From Bdellovibrionales bacterium (GTDB lineage Bacteria; Bdellovibrionota; Bdellovibrionia; Bdellovibrionales; UBA1609), in the NCBI GenBank assembly GCA_027317865.1, contig DAHVQG010000004.1, forward strand, positions 64,001-128,000: a stretch of 64,000 nt of DNA, given 5' to 3'. Position numbers and translations under genes: made by a program. The notes beneath the pieces were generated by a model. The model was not told where the DNA came from, searched no databases, and was given only the letters and a program-made list of their open reading frames with translations. Below are positions 10,380 through 20,158 of this stretch, piece after piece (the first letter of the stretch is position 1; the number at the start of each line of letters is the position of its first letter).

Positions 10380-12442
10380 ATACCTTCCAAATTCTCGTGA
10401 TCAATAAGCAAATCAGCGCAACTGTGATTTTCAAAAATATTTTTGTATTGTTTGTATAGCGTCTTCCGCGCATCGGGCTGCAATCGTTCGATAGCTTGCC
10501 GGAGTTGCTCGCGGTTAGGATGCAATTCCAAAAACTTTGCAAATGAAACTGCCACAAAATCCGACATACGCCGTTCATACTTCGGCGTCGGATCTTCTTG
10601 GTCGAACTGTATAAGCCTTACATATTCGCTTGGAGTACGGACATAAGCCCTCATGACCTTTTTCATGTATTCAATAAACGGGGGACCGTGGCGCACCAGC
10701 GTTTTCAGTTCGTTCAATTGGTCAAAGCCGGGATGGCTCGCCATGATTAAATCCAAATTGTCTACCACAATTTGGGCAATCTGAGGTTTATTGAGCGTTC
10801 GGACAACCATCATATTTTTCACATATGAAATAAATGTCTCAGGTGAAGTAAGCGCTTGGCTCCATTCGTAATTTGCCACAAGAGGTATCAGAAGCGCCGA
10901 ATACTTTTCTTTTCGTAAATCATTTTCATCATTGTCGAGATAGTCCTTAATATTCAAATATTCGCTTTCGTTTAACGTAGTGAAAAGATTGTACCGGCGA
11001 ATTACGTAGTCGATAAAATCCGGATCTGCATTCCGAGCAATCAGCGCCGTTAAATTTTCTCGCGAAATATTCAAAGTTTCTGGAATGAGACTTAAACTAT
11101 TCCGGTTATACACGCTGATGATTCCCGGCATAAGCACGCTAAAATCTTTATTTTGAACCGAACGGGGATTAACCTCAAAACCAACCCAAATTTCGCCCGG
11201 TTTTCGAACAGGCGTCTCAGATAAAATAATACCGGGAGGACCCCGCATTGGATTCGTTTTTTGGTCGGGCAGCAACAAGTTAGGAGCGTTGAGTTTACCC
11301 ATACGAAGACGCTCGAATGTTTCAAAGTCATAAATTTTCATATAGGCCGTTTTTATTCCAAGTTCGCCCGCTGTCGCACCCTGTACGCCGCCCAAAGAAA
11401 ACGCCGGCAATGGCTTTTGCTCCATTAACCATGCAAGCGAATCCGTATCACTGCGCGACCCAAACGTAGAAAGGTCTTTGCGCACACCCATTCTGTTTAA
11501 ATCAGCCCATGCGGCGTTTACGTCTAAGGCGTTGTTGATAAGCTTATTTGCGTTTTTTTCGATCCAGCGCAAAGCTCCGTGATATTGCGGATCTGTCTTA
11601 ATTTTTGAAAATGGTGCCGTTCGCAAGATCCTTTCAACAACTTTGAGGCTATTGCGATCGGGTTTAAGGCCATACTCAAATACTTTTATTAAAAACCTCA
11701 ATGCACTGATGACAACAGGATTGCCGGACGAAGATCGCGAAGTGGAATGATGAAGGCCGGTATTAAAATAGGTGATTTCTCCACGGGCGACGTCGTGAAA
11801 AAACAATCCTTCATCGCGGCGGAATTTTCTCAAATCTTGAATTCGTGATCGCTCACCCGTTGGGTCAGTAATCTCAATAAGGCCTGTGGATCCCGAGTCT
11901 GTATTTTGATTCTTAAAATCTTCATTGTTTAAAATGTCCGCCTTGAAACCGATGGAATACTGGAGCGGGCGCACTTCCCAAACCGAAATAGTTTTACCAC
12001 CCGTTGTCTTTTTGTAGGGGAATTTCATCTCAAGGTCATGCTGAAGTTCTTCCGCATATTGAGGTTTCGCGTCAACCACAATATCGATGTCCTGATTAAA
12101 ATGAAATATATTGACGATGCTAAAATCCAGCCGATCAGCGGAGAAGTCCCGCGAACCGAGTTCATATTGTTCCGCCCAACGGCAATAAACGGCAAAGGCC
12201 TCCGCCGCTCCACCAAAAAGATAAGCCCGTATGCCTCTTTTTTCCGCCCATTCCTTTATAAATTGAAACTCTTTTACACGGTCCAAATCAGTCTGGATTA
12301 GCTTTTCAAACTCGAGATACGATCCGTTTTGCCTCGAAATGGAAAGCATTTCGGGGGGATTTTCGTTCGCCGACGCGAACGAAGGCCCGCATATAAGTAC
12401 AAGTGCGAAAACTGGCAAAAGAAATAGATTTAAAACCTTCAT
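10376..12442 (-). CDS. Exported Pol-beta superfamily nucleotidyltransferase-like protein (CCA/poly(A) polymerase-like head)
   Basis: Signal peptide; YLFGG and QDIDIVV (hGG + DxD); later PVVISALRF resembling the DPLRxLR region; C-terminal CADLL. Confidence 0.65.
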   Translation of the reverse strand: MKVLNLFLLPVFALVLICGPSFASANENPPEMLSISRQNGSYLEFEKLIQTDLDRVKEFQFIKEWAEKRGIRAYLFGGAAEAFAVYCRWAEQYELGSRDFSADRLDFSIVNIFHFNQDIDIVVDAKPQYAEELQHDLEMKFPYKKTTGGKTISVWEVRPLQYSIGFKADILNNEDFKNQNTDSGSTGLIEITDPTGERSRIQDLRKFRRDEGLFFHDVARGEITYFNTGLHHSTSRSSSGNPVVISALRFLIKVFEYGLKPDRNSLKVVERILRTAPFSKIKTDPQYHGALRWIEKNANKLINNALDVNAAWADLNRMGVRKDLSTFGSRSDTDSLAWLMEQKPLPAFSLGGVQGATAGELGIKTAYMKIYDFETFERLRMGKLNAPNLLLPDQKTNPMRGPPGIILSETPVRKPGEIWVGFEVNPRSVQNKDFSVLMPGIISVYNRNSLSLIPETLNISRENLTALIARNADPDFIDYVIRRYNLFTTLNESEYLNIKDYLDNDENDLRKEKYSALLIPLVANYEWSQALTSPETFISYVKNMMVVRTLNKPQIAQIVVDNLDLIMASHPGFDQLNELKTLVRHGPPFIEYMKKVMRAYVRTPSEYVRLIQFDQEDPTPKYERRMSDFVAVSFAKFLELHPNREQLRQAIERLQPDARKTLYKQYKNIFENHSCADLLIDHENLEGI

Positions 12443-12459
12443 CCTTTAATTCGCAACCT

Positions 12460-15400
12460 TCATTCCTCTTTTGTGTTTGCGCTAACGGGTTGACGTATCA
12501 TTTTCGATAATAGAGTTGCGCACGAAACCGGCTTTGCGTTTTTTGCGCGCGCCTGCCAATCTTCGTACGTCCGAACCGGCTGTTGTGCGCTCTTTAATTT
12601 TTCTTCAATTTTGTGTTCAAGATCCTGAGCTCGCGATTCGCTTATGTCCCCTTTACGCATCAGCTCGGCGACTATCGCGCGAACAAGCGGCCATTTTTCT
12701 TTAAGAACGGCGATCGCAATTTCATGAGCGCGCGAAATCATTTGGCTTTGCTTTTGTTCAAACAATTGCCTTTGTCGCGAAGTTGCAAGAATTGGATTGC
12801 CTTTTTTATCGACTTGAACTCCTACAAGGTCGGTATCCATTCCCCATGTGGTGAGATATTCGGTTGTTACATATCTCATCGATTTCAAATCGTTTTGCCA
12901 TCCAATGTCGGCAGGTAAGCCCGCAAGCTCTTGAGCCACTCGACCGCCCCAAGCTTTAACAAGAAATGCCATCGTCTTATCGTAGTTGAAATTCGTATCC
13001 GCCCCGGGGATCGGCTTGTAATGCGCGTAGCCTTTTGCCGTTATCATTTTGCCGGTGAAATCTTTGAGGCGAGAATAGCGGATCGTAATATAATTCAAGA
13101 TCTCATTGGTTAATTCGGGATCATTTAAAACCGCGTGGCCAGCTTCATGGTAAGCCACTGTCTCAGCGTGTTTACCTAGCGGAATTTCGACTTCGGGCGC
13201 GAATTCCGTAAAGTCTTTTTGTATATAATCGAGTTTTTTACCATCCTTGTACACTTCAACGCCGACTAGAACCTTACGCGGCTCCGATTTTTTCTGGCGG
13301 TACGGTTTATTCGTCAAATTATCTTGAACATCGAGTTTGAATACATACGAAGACAAATCGTGCCCGATGTCGCCAGTCTTCATCAGTGCGGCTCCAAGAA
13401 GCGCACCCAGCCGGTTATCAAGCGCATTTCGAACCGATCGGCCACCTGTATCCGGGGTAAAAAATGCTCGGGTAAAATTCTCAACAAATTTAGGGCCGTA
13501 TTCAACAATCAGGCCCACGTGCTGTTCTTGCAGTCTGCGAATTTGATTTTTAAGTTCCTTTTCTGTGACACCTTTCATTTCGGTGGAAAGAAGCGGTTTC
13601 GCCAGTATGACGTCGGCTAGGCGCCCGAGAAACGCTTCGGGAATCCCATTTTTCACAAGATTCGCGCGAATGATCTCTTTCTTATTATTTTCGTTGTACG
13701 CATCCATTCTCAATTTATCGGTACTGAGACTCGTGAAGAATTCCTGCAAATCGTTGCCGGTGAATTCAAAAATATGATTTCGAAGATCGTATGTTCGGCC
13801 TGTTGCTGTCGACGTCCATTTGCCTTCGTCTAAAATTTCGTAGAAGTATTGCTTAAGCAGCTCTTCTTTGCGTTTGATGTCACCCCCGCCCATGTTAGAA
13901 AATTCATCGAAAACAATCACCCCGCCGTTTGGAGTGTTCATGAGCGCTCGCTCGAATTTTCCGATTTTGTGAGAGTCGACGTACCCGGCCGGTGAATTGA
14001 ATACGTCGTTCAAACGGCCCTCGAAATTAACATTGCCGAGTGGAATGACTTCAACTCGATCGGGTGAACCAAAAAGCGCCTCCGCAATTGCGCGGCCCAA
14101 TTCCGTCTTACCGACGCCCGTTGGGCCCACAATGGCAAACGATACGGCGGTTTTTCGACCCACGTCCGCATATTTCGACAATACGGCATCCGCTGCGCTT
14201 CGAACCGCTTCGTCTTGCCCGATAATCCGCGTCTTCATTCGTTCGGGCATCGATTGGATTTTTTCTAAAATTTCTTTGTCTTGAAGAGGATTAAAAAATT
14301 TCTGCTCGGGAGCGGCAACATCCAGGCTCTCGCTGTTGGTCCCATTTGTTACGCTCAATTTCACATCGGATGAGTTTTCGTTTTTGACTAAACCGATTTT
14401 AACTGTCCCATCCCGAGGGATATCCCAGTGGGCGCGTGCCTCGCGAATGGCAACTTTAAGATACGAATCGACCTGTTTGGCAACTTGCCGGTAGCCGTCC
14501 GTAACCGAAAATCCGGTCAGCGCTAAATGTTCAACCACAGCCGGCGAGACGTCGAGATGGAGATGATATTCAAACTCCATTTCGTTTTGCAATTTTTCAG
14601 TTTCACGGCGGGCAACCTCAATCGCGCCTTCTCGTGAACCCGGGTTGGCAATCGCCCACTCGTCGATTCGGCCCAAAACTTCCGGAGGTAATTGAAATTT
14701 GTCTTCGCCATCCGTCTTTTCGCGAAACAGTGCCGCGACGTCTTTTGATTTAAAACCTGCAAGTCGGCGATCGATTTCAGCCTGACTCCACATCGTAATA
14801 TTGTCCGGAAAAACGAGCTTCGCTCCCCGATTACTCGTGAGGATAACGATGTGACGGTTTGCCCGGCGAACTTTGCCATCGCCGCATGTAATTTCACCTT
14901 TATCAAAAAACTCCATTAACCGCTTCCACACATCAGGATGCATTTTTTCGGCTTCATTAATTACGATCACGCCGCCCATCTTGCCGCGAGAGGGGTCATC
15001 AAGGTATTCGCACAAAATACCGGACCTCTTATCTGAAGTTACCGTGCCGTTCGGTGAACCCACCAAAGTATTCACCGACAAGTCGCCGGTCTGATAGGTA
15101 TTGCCGTCTATAATGAGCGCTCTTCTTTTTGAACCGAATACTTTTTCAGCCAACGTTTCGGCAATTAAAGTCTTGCCGGTACCGGTAGTCCCGATAATCG
15201 CCATGACTTGCGGGCGCCTCGGGGTTCCGATTAATAAATTACCGACGCGTTCGACAAGCTTGTGAACCAAAGATTTCTGTTCAACAACAACGGAATCGAT
15301 CTCTTTTTCTTTCTCAGCTAAATATTCTTGAAAAGCCTTACCGTCGTGAGGGTTCGCCGGCAGCCCCGTGATCTCTTTTGCGTAATCGTAGATTTCGCTA

Positions 15401-16812
15401 TCGGTAATTTTGGCTGGTGCCCCGTCGTTCAGTCTGTGTACGTGAATGGCGAGACCTTGCAAAACTTTAAACGGACCGTCCGGGCGTGCCGTATCCGGTT
15501 GCAACAGCGGCGCGACTTTAACCGCAGCTTCGATCGCGTCGTCAGTGAATTCCACATTATACTTCTTTTCGATAACGGGAACCCAACTTGCCTTCAAAAT
15601 CCTAATCGTCGTTGCTTCATCGAACTCAGTAAGACCGATTTGTTCCACACGGCGAAGAAGCGCTTCATTATCTTTGAATTTATTCTGAAACTTATCCGAA
15701 TTACTTGCGCCCAAAATGGTAATGCCGCGATCTCTGGCATCCATGTAAGGCAATAACGCTTCAATCTGCGCCTCGTTAAACGTGTGAAATTCATCCACGA
15801 ATACGATGATTGGCTTACGTTCGCCGTTGTGATCCTGAGCATATGATTGCTCATAAAAAAGAACCGCGTCAAAAAATTGTTCTACCGCTTCGGCCATCGA
15901 ATTCGGATCATTCGATTTTGCAAGCCGCGAGATCCTTGCGGGCGTAACTTGAATCATCTCCGCATTATCAAATGCCTCATTAAAAACTTCGGTATCCGGG
16001 TATAAATGTTCCACCAAGATTTGGGCTACGCGTTCGGCGGCCGCAGTTTTACCCACTCCGGGTATACCGATAAAAACCGGATTTTTGCCTTTTATCCGCA
16101 CAAGAGTGTCAAGCGCTCGCTCAGCTTCTTTGTCACGCCCCAGTGTTTCGACGAACGAGCCGTTTTCAATGCTCTTTTTCACTTCGTCGGTCATAAAATT
16201 AGTAGTCGCGGTCAGTATGATCTTCGCCGCGGCCATTTTTTCTTCACCTTCCGCTCCGGTGGAATCGCGCAAAAGTTGATCTTTAAACGACTGACCGTCT
16301 TGCGCACTTGCCGTTTGTTCCACCGGTAACGGTGTCGGATTCGAGCGAATGCGCTCTCGAATTTCTAAAAACAAGTCGTCCAATTTATTTTTAGTTTGAG
16401 CGTTGAACGCCGTAGACGCGCGAAATTTTTCGTAAATCTTGTTGAATTGTTCAACTTCAGCGACACTCCCCATCGATCCGATACCGTTAAGATACTCTGA
16501 AATGTGAAAAGAGTTCGGTTTAGGTTTCGCTACCTCGATCTTTAGTTTCGCCATTAGAAAATTTAAAACCATGCGATACGGAAAATCTTTCAGCGACGAA
16601 ATTAATTTGGATGTTTCGACGGGATCACGGCTCGTATCGACGGCTTTCATTTTGCCGATCATGAGATTATATTCTTTTTCAGACGGCGTTCGGCCCGACT
16701 TATTTAAAGACTGTGCAAATCCGCAAGCGCCGAAAAAAATTCCGGCCACAAGCGCGAAAGCGACTAAAATCTCACTTTTTGAATCTAAGATTCGTTTATA
16801 ACTTCGGCGCAT
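12460..16812 (-). CDS. Exported ClpB-like triple AAA+ ATPase fused to an FtsH-type M41 zinc protease
   Basis: Three Walker A motifs (GIPGVGKT, GTTGTGKT, GPTGVGKT) with Clp NBD1/NBD2 context; AYHEAGH, GGRVAQE, GWQND; N-terminal signal-like segment; C-terminal CATLL. Confidence 0.88.
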   Translation of the reverse strand: MRRSYKRILDSKSEILVAFALVAGIFFGACGFAQSLNKSGRTPSEKEYNLMIGKMKAVDTSRDPVETSKLISSLKDFPYRMVLNFLMAKLKIEVAKPKPNSFHISEYLNGIGSMGSVAEVEQFNKIYEKFRASTAFNAQTKNKLDDLFLEIRERIRSNPTPLPVEQTASAQDGQSFKDQLLRDSTGAEGEEKMAAAKIILTATTNFMTDEVKKSIENGSFVETLGRDKEAERALDTLVRIKGKNPVFIGIPGVGKTAAAERVAQILVEHLYPDTEVFNEAFDNAEMIQVTPARISRLAKSNDPNSMAEAVEQFFDAVLFYEQSYAQDHNGERKPIIVFVDEFHTFNEAQIEALLPYMDARDRGITILGASNSDKFQNKFKDNEALLRRVEQIGLTEFDEATTIRILKASWVPVIEKKYNVEFTDDAIEAAVKVAPLLQPDTARPDGPFKVLQGLAIHVHRLNDGAPAKITDSEIYDYAKEITGLPANPHDGKAFQEYLAEKEKEIDSVVVEQKSLVHKLVERVGNLLIGTPRRPQVMAIIGTTGTGKTLIAETLAEKVFGSKRRALIIDGNTYQTGDLSVNTLVGSPNGTVTSDKRSGILCEYLDDPSRGKMGGVIVINEAEKMHPDVWKRLMEFFDKGEITCGDGKVRRANRHIVILTSNRGAKLVFPDNITMWSQAEIDRRLAGFKSKDVAALFREKTDGEDKFQLPPEVLGRIDEWAIANPGSREGAIEVARRETEKLQNEMEFEYHLHLDVSPAVVEHLALTGFSVTDGYRQVAKQVDSYLKVAIREARAHWDIPRDGTVKIGLVKNENSSDVKLSVTNGTNSESLDVAAPEQKFFNPLQDKEILEKIQSMPERMKTRIIGQDEAVRSAADAVLSKYADVGRKTAVSFAIVGPTGVGKTELGRAIAEALFGSPDRVEVIPLGNVNFEGRLNDVFNSPAGYVDSHKIGKFERALMNTPNGGVIVFDEFSNMGGGDIKRKEELLKQYFYEILDEGKWTSTATGRTYDLRNHIFEFTGNDLQEFFTSLSTDKLRMDAYNENNKKEIIRANLVKNGIPEAFLGRLADVILAKPLLSTEMKGVTEKELKNQIRRLQEQHVGLIVEYGPKFVENFTRAFFTPDTGGRSVRNALDNRLGALLGAALMKTGDIGHDLSSYVFKLDVQDNLTNKPYRQKKSEPRKVLVGVEVYKDGKKLDYIQKDFTEFAPEVEIPLGKHAETVAYHEAGHAVLNDPELTNEILNYITIRYSRLKDFTGKMITAKGYAHYKPIPGADTNFNYDKTMAFLVKAWGGRVAQELAGLPADIGWQNDLKSMRYVTTEYLTTWGMDTDLVGVQVDKKGNPILATSRQRQLFEQKQSQMISRAHEIAIAVLKEKWPLVRAIVAELMRKGDISESRAQDLEHKIEEKLKSAQQPVRTYEDWQARAKNAKPVSCATLLSKMIRQPVSANTKEE

Positions 16813-18401
16813 GATTCCCCTTTTAGGTTTTGCTTAACCCTTTCAAATAACCTTATTTTTTTCAGCGTCCAGTAGAGCGTCTTTTTCTGGTCGATCTCGT
16901 AAATTTTTTTCTTCAAGTTCGGAACCGTTCTAAAAAGTTTTGCGTATGCTTCGAGAAACGACGACGTAATTTTAAAGTCGCTACTAAGGGCGGCAATCAC
17001 CATGTCGGCCACATCGGCTTGAGTGGCCCACGCGCTCGAATAAGCATTGGATAGGTAATTTAAAAAGCGCGGCATTATTGCGCTAAGCTTGCTCACTGAA
17101 CTGTGTCGTGCCCGTATATGTTGCCAGGTACTCTGAAGGTAATTGAAATTGACGCCGTTTTGTCCCGCCCCATTGCTTTGTGCAACTTGCATAGCGGTTT
17201 CGTTCACAGCTCGCGCTTTAGGCGTGAAATTTGAAAAATCAAACCCGGGAGCGTTCGCCTTTTTCACCATATCGTCATTGTGTTGCAAATCCTGCCTGAT
17301 GATATCGGTGAGGTTCGTCGCGGCAGATGACGGCTCACTCGCCTCAGGTGACGGTCTTTTAAGTGGGAATTCATAACCAAGCTTTTTAGCAGCCTCGTAA
17401 ACTTGATGGTGAAATGTCTCAGAGTTGACTGCGTTCCAAATTTCTTTTTGCATCCATAATATATTTTCGTGCGTTCTCAGATCCGTAATATTTCCGGGAG
17501 TTGCCTTTAACTTTCCGTCTATTGAAACAATCGGCCCGAATGACTCTGTCCACGCCCCGGAAAAATGCTCGTATCCAGCCTCGTTCGATTTGTCTTGGTT
17601 TTCTGAAAAGCCCGTAAGTTTGAACTCGTCCCCGAAATTATGGGGCCGATCTCCGGTCAGGCTAAACTGGATTTCAAGATCACGCGATACGCTCTTGATC
17701 GCTGAAGACGGTACTGGAGCTGATCTAAACGTGCTCACAAACAACGCAAACATGTTTAGCTTTTTAATTAGATCCGCCGGTTTGCCTTTAAGATCATTGG
17801 CGTAATGGGAATACAAGGCGTTCAAAAACATTCGCCCTTGCTGTCCGCCTCCGGTTGAAACGGTATCGACAAACACGTACGGTTCGCGACGTTTGATATC
17901 CTTGAAACTAAAACCGTGTTCCAAAACAAAATGAACCAATGTTTGCGGAGTAACGCCGTTGAAACTGGCCTTGCTTACCATCAACCGCACAACCCGGTTT
18001 TGTTGCCCAATCGAGAGGTAAAATCCTTCGAGCATGTCCGCAATTGCCTGCGAATCGCGGCCGATAAATGCCCATGTCGCACCCGGAAATGTTTTTTCCA
18101 TCGCCGCGATCAGAGTTGGCCCATGCTTAAGCATCACTTTAACCCAATGCTCAGGCTGGTAAACGTGCGCATTTTTGACCTGAATAACGCTCGGTACATC
18201 TTCAAATTCAGGCAACTGGTTTAAAAAAGGTACTGATTCAGCCATCGTCGGGCGCGACGGCATTTCAAGCAGTCGAACAATATCCGGAGGAATATTCACG
18301 GCCCAACTGTTGTCTTGTTGCTGTCCTCGCGAAGTCGCGGACACCGAAACCGTCAGCAAAAAAGTAAAACTATAAATTAAAACTTGTGACGCAATTCTCA
18401 T
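16785..18401 (-). CDS. Exported hypothetical protein, 'GRD' family paralog 2 (possible PRTase-like fold)
   Basis: Signal peptide; FIGRDS, VFVDTVSTGGG (PRPP-loop-like), LGYEFP; C-terminal CAEVI. Confidence 0.8.
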   Translation of the reverse strand: MRIASQVLIYSFTFLLTVSVSATSRGQQQDNSWAVNIPPDIVRLLEMPSRPTMAESVPFLNQLPEFEDVPSVIQVKNAHVYQPEHWVKVMLKHGPTLIAAMEKTFPGATWAFIGRDSQAIADMLEGFYLSIGQQNRVVRLMVSKASFNGVTPQTLVHFVLEHGFSFKDIKRREPYVFVDTVSTGGGQQGRMFLNALYSHYANDLKGKPADLIKKLNMFALFVSTFRSAPVPSSAIKSVSRDLEIQFSLTGDRPHNFGDEFKLTGFSENQDKSNEAGYEHFSGAWTESFGPIVSIDGKLKATPGNITDLRTHENILWMQKEIWNAVNSETFHHQVYEAAKKLGYEFPLKRPSPEASEPSSAATNLTDIIRQDLQHNDDMVKKANAPGFDFSNFTPKARAVNETAMQVAQSNGAGQNGVNFNYLQSTWQHIRARHSSVSKLSAIMPRFLNYLSNAYSSAWATQADVADMVIAALSSDFKITSSFLEAYAKLFRTVPNLKKKIYEIDQKKTLYWTLKKIRLFERVKQNLKGESCAEVINES

Positions 18402-20158
18402 TCTTCAGCATCCATCGGTTCAAATTCATCTTTGGGGAATTCATGTCTGTCAGACCTTGGGTTCACCAATGATCTTTCAATCTCAACCTTCTTTTGGCTT
18501 TCTAGCTCTTCAACAACGGACGCGACCTTCTCGGCGCTATCGGCAACCAGTATGTGGCTCTTGATTTCTGGCGAAAGCGAACTGTTCGCTATAAATTTAA
18601 GTAAATACGAGTAGTACTTTGAATTTTGAATCACGACGTACGGGGGCCGCTTCGAGTATTGAATCGCCACGAGCGTCGCCGCGAGCTCGCGCATGGTTCC
18701 GTTACCGCCGGGCTCAATAATTACTAAATCACGATTGTTTACTAGCAACGGTATCCGTGAATGGTAATCAAGCGTCGGAATCGTGTGCGATTGAACTTCG
18801 CTTCTTGTATCCGTCTCGTAAGGCAGCGCTCCACGACCGACGCGGGGTATTCCAATTGAAGGTCCACCCGCATCGTAGGCCCCCATGTTTGCCGCGTACA
18901 TAACTCCACCAGCACCTCCGGTAACCACCGGAATGCCGCGGCTCCCGAACCAATATGCCGTTTGATACGTGTCGGGGGCGACTTCTTCGTCTAAACGGCT
19001 CGACCCGAAAACAGCGGCACCGCGAACGCCAGAAAGAACTCTTACACCTGAACGAGTAACGTCCACGTGCTCAAGAAGAGCAATGATTTCACCAAGACTC
19101 ATATTATTTGGCGAAATGCTAAATGCTTTTAGATTAACTGGATCTTTTACGGCCGGGAAAACCGAATACCGTACTGATTCCAAAACGCGAGTGGCGTTGA
19201 CGATTGCAGATATCGAGTTTGTGATGCCAAGCCGCCGGTAGGATATTCCAAAACCCCTTTTTTCAGATTCCAGTAGACTCGACCAATCGTGAAGGCGATT
19301 TTTTGTATTACCGTCGAGGTCGAGAACAAATCCCGCATCATTATTGAGGAGTGCGGCCATCCCTAACGTCGAGTCCGGGCTTACAATTGCCGGCAAGGCA
19401 TGTGAAACGACTTCAAGAAATGAATACGAATTATTGAAATGTAAAACAATGCCAGGACGGCCTCTTTCATTTCTTGCCCCGGCTTCGGGTAACATTGAAA
19501 TTCCGATGCCGCAGGGACCCGCCGCTCGAGCAATTATTTCCGCCGCTTTGTTGTCGGCATCGTAGATAATTGTATAGTTTTTTGCCACGAGCTGAGCGAC
19601 AAGCCGTTCGTACTTCGTGGCTTCGGTGTCTGTTGGCGCACGATCGGACGAACCAACGAGAACCGAAACCAGTTTCGAGCGCGGCAACCTGTACACTTCT
19701 AATATTTGTTTGTAGTCTTCAAAAAATCCTCTATCTTCGGGTACAGCCAACCGCTCTTTTAGAACCGGGATCAACGACAACCGGTTTTTTTCTTTTAATT
19801 CTTCGATCAACCCCTCGAGTTTTTTTATTTTAAATTTGAGGTCAGCTATCTTCTTTTTGACTTCCGCGCGTTTTTCCGGTGAACGGGCTGCTGGTGATTT
19901 TTCGGCGTATTCGAGGTAAAAACCCCAAAAATCGCTTGCATCACTTGACTCAAGTTTGTTTTTTAATGACCTAATCTCGCGTTCCATTTCGCGAAGTTTT
20001 TCTATTGCTTCGACGAGTTGCGGGCTGCGGTATTCGGCAAGTTTAAAGGCCTGGGCTTTTTCACCTTTTAAGACACGGTCGCAAGGCTGCCCGTAGGCGC
20101 TAGAAATCGCGAAGGTTGAAACCACAAAAGCGCATAAAAACAAGCGGCGCGAAATCAT
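18398..20158 (-). CDS. Exported LOG/SLOG family protein (NMP phosphoribohydrolase-like), tandem SLOG domains
   Basis: AAVFGSSR, TGGAGGVM.AAN.GA, SIGIP, PGGNGTMREL; signal peptide followed by CDRVL. Confidence 0.85.
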   Translation of the reverse strand: MISRRLFLCAFVVSTFAISSAYGQPCDRVLKGEKAQAFKLAEYRSPQLVEAIEKLREMEREIRSLKNKLESSDASDFWGFYLEYAEKSPAARSPEKRAEVKKKIADLKFKIKKLEGLIEELKEKNRLSLIPVLKERLAVPEDRGFFEDYKQILEVYRLPRSKLVSVLVGSSDRAPTDTEATKYERLVAQLVAKNYTIIYDADNKAAEIIARAAGPCGIGISMLPEAGARNERGRPGIVLHFNNSYSFLEVVSHALPAIVSPDSTLGMAALLNNDAGFVLDLDGNTKNRLHDWSSLLESEKRGFGISYRRLGITNSISAIVNATRVLESVRYSVFPAVKDPVNLKAFSISPNNMSLGEIIALLEHVDVTRSGVRVLSGVRGAAVFGSSRLDEEVAPDTYQTAYWFGSRGIPVVTGGAGGVMYAANMGAYDAGGPSIGIPRVGRGALPYETDTRSEVQSHTIPTLDYHSRIPLLVNNRDLVIIEPGGNGTMRELAATLVAIQYSKRPPYVVIQNSKYYSYLLKFIANSSLSPEIKSHILVADSAEKVASVVEELESQKKVEIERSLVNPRSDRHEFPKDEFEPMDAEE

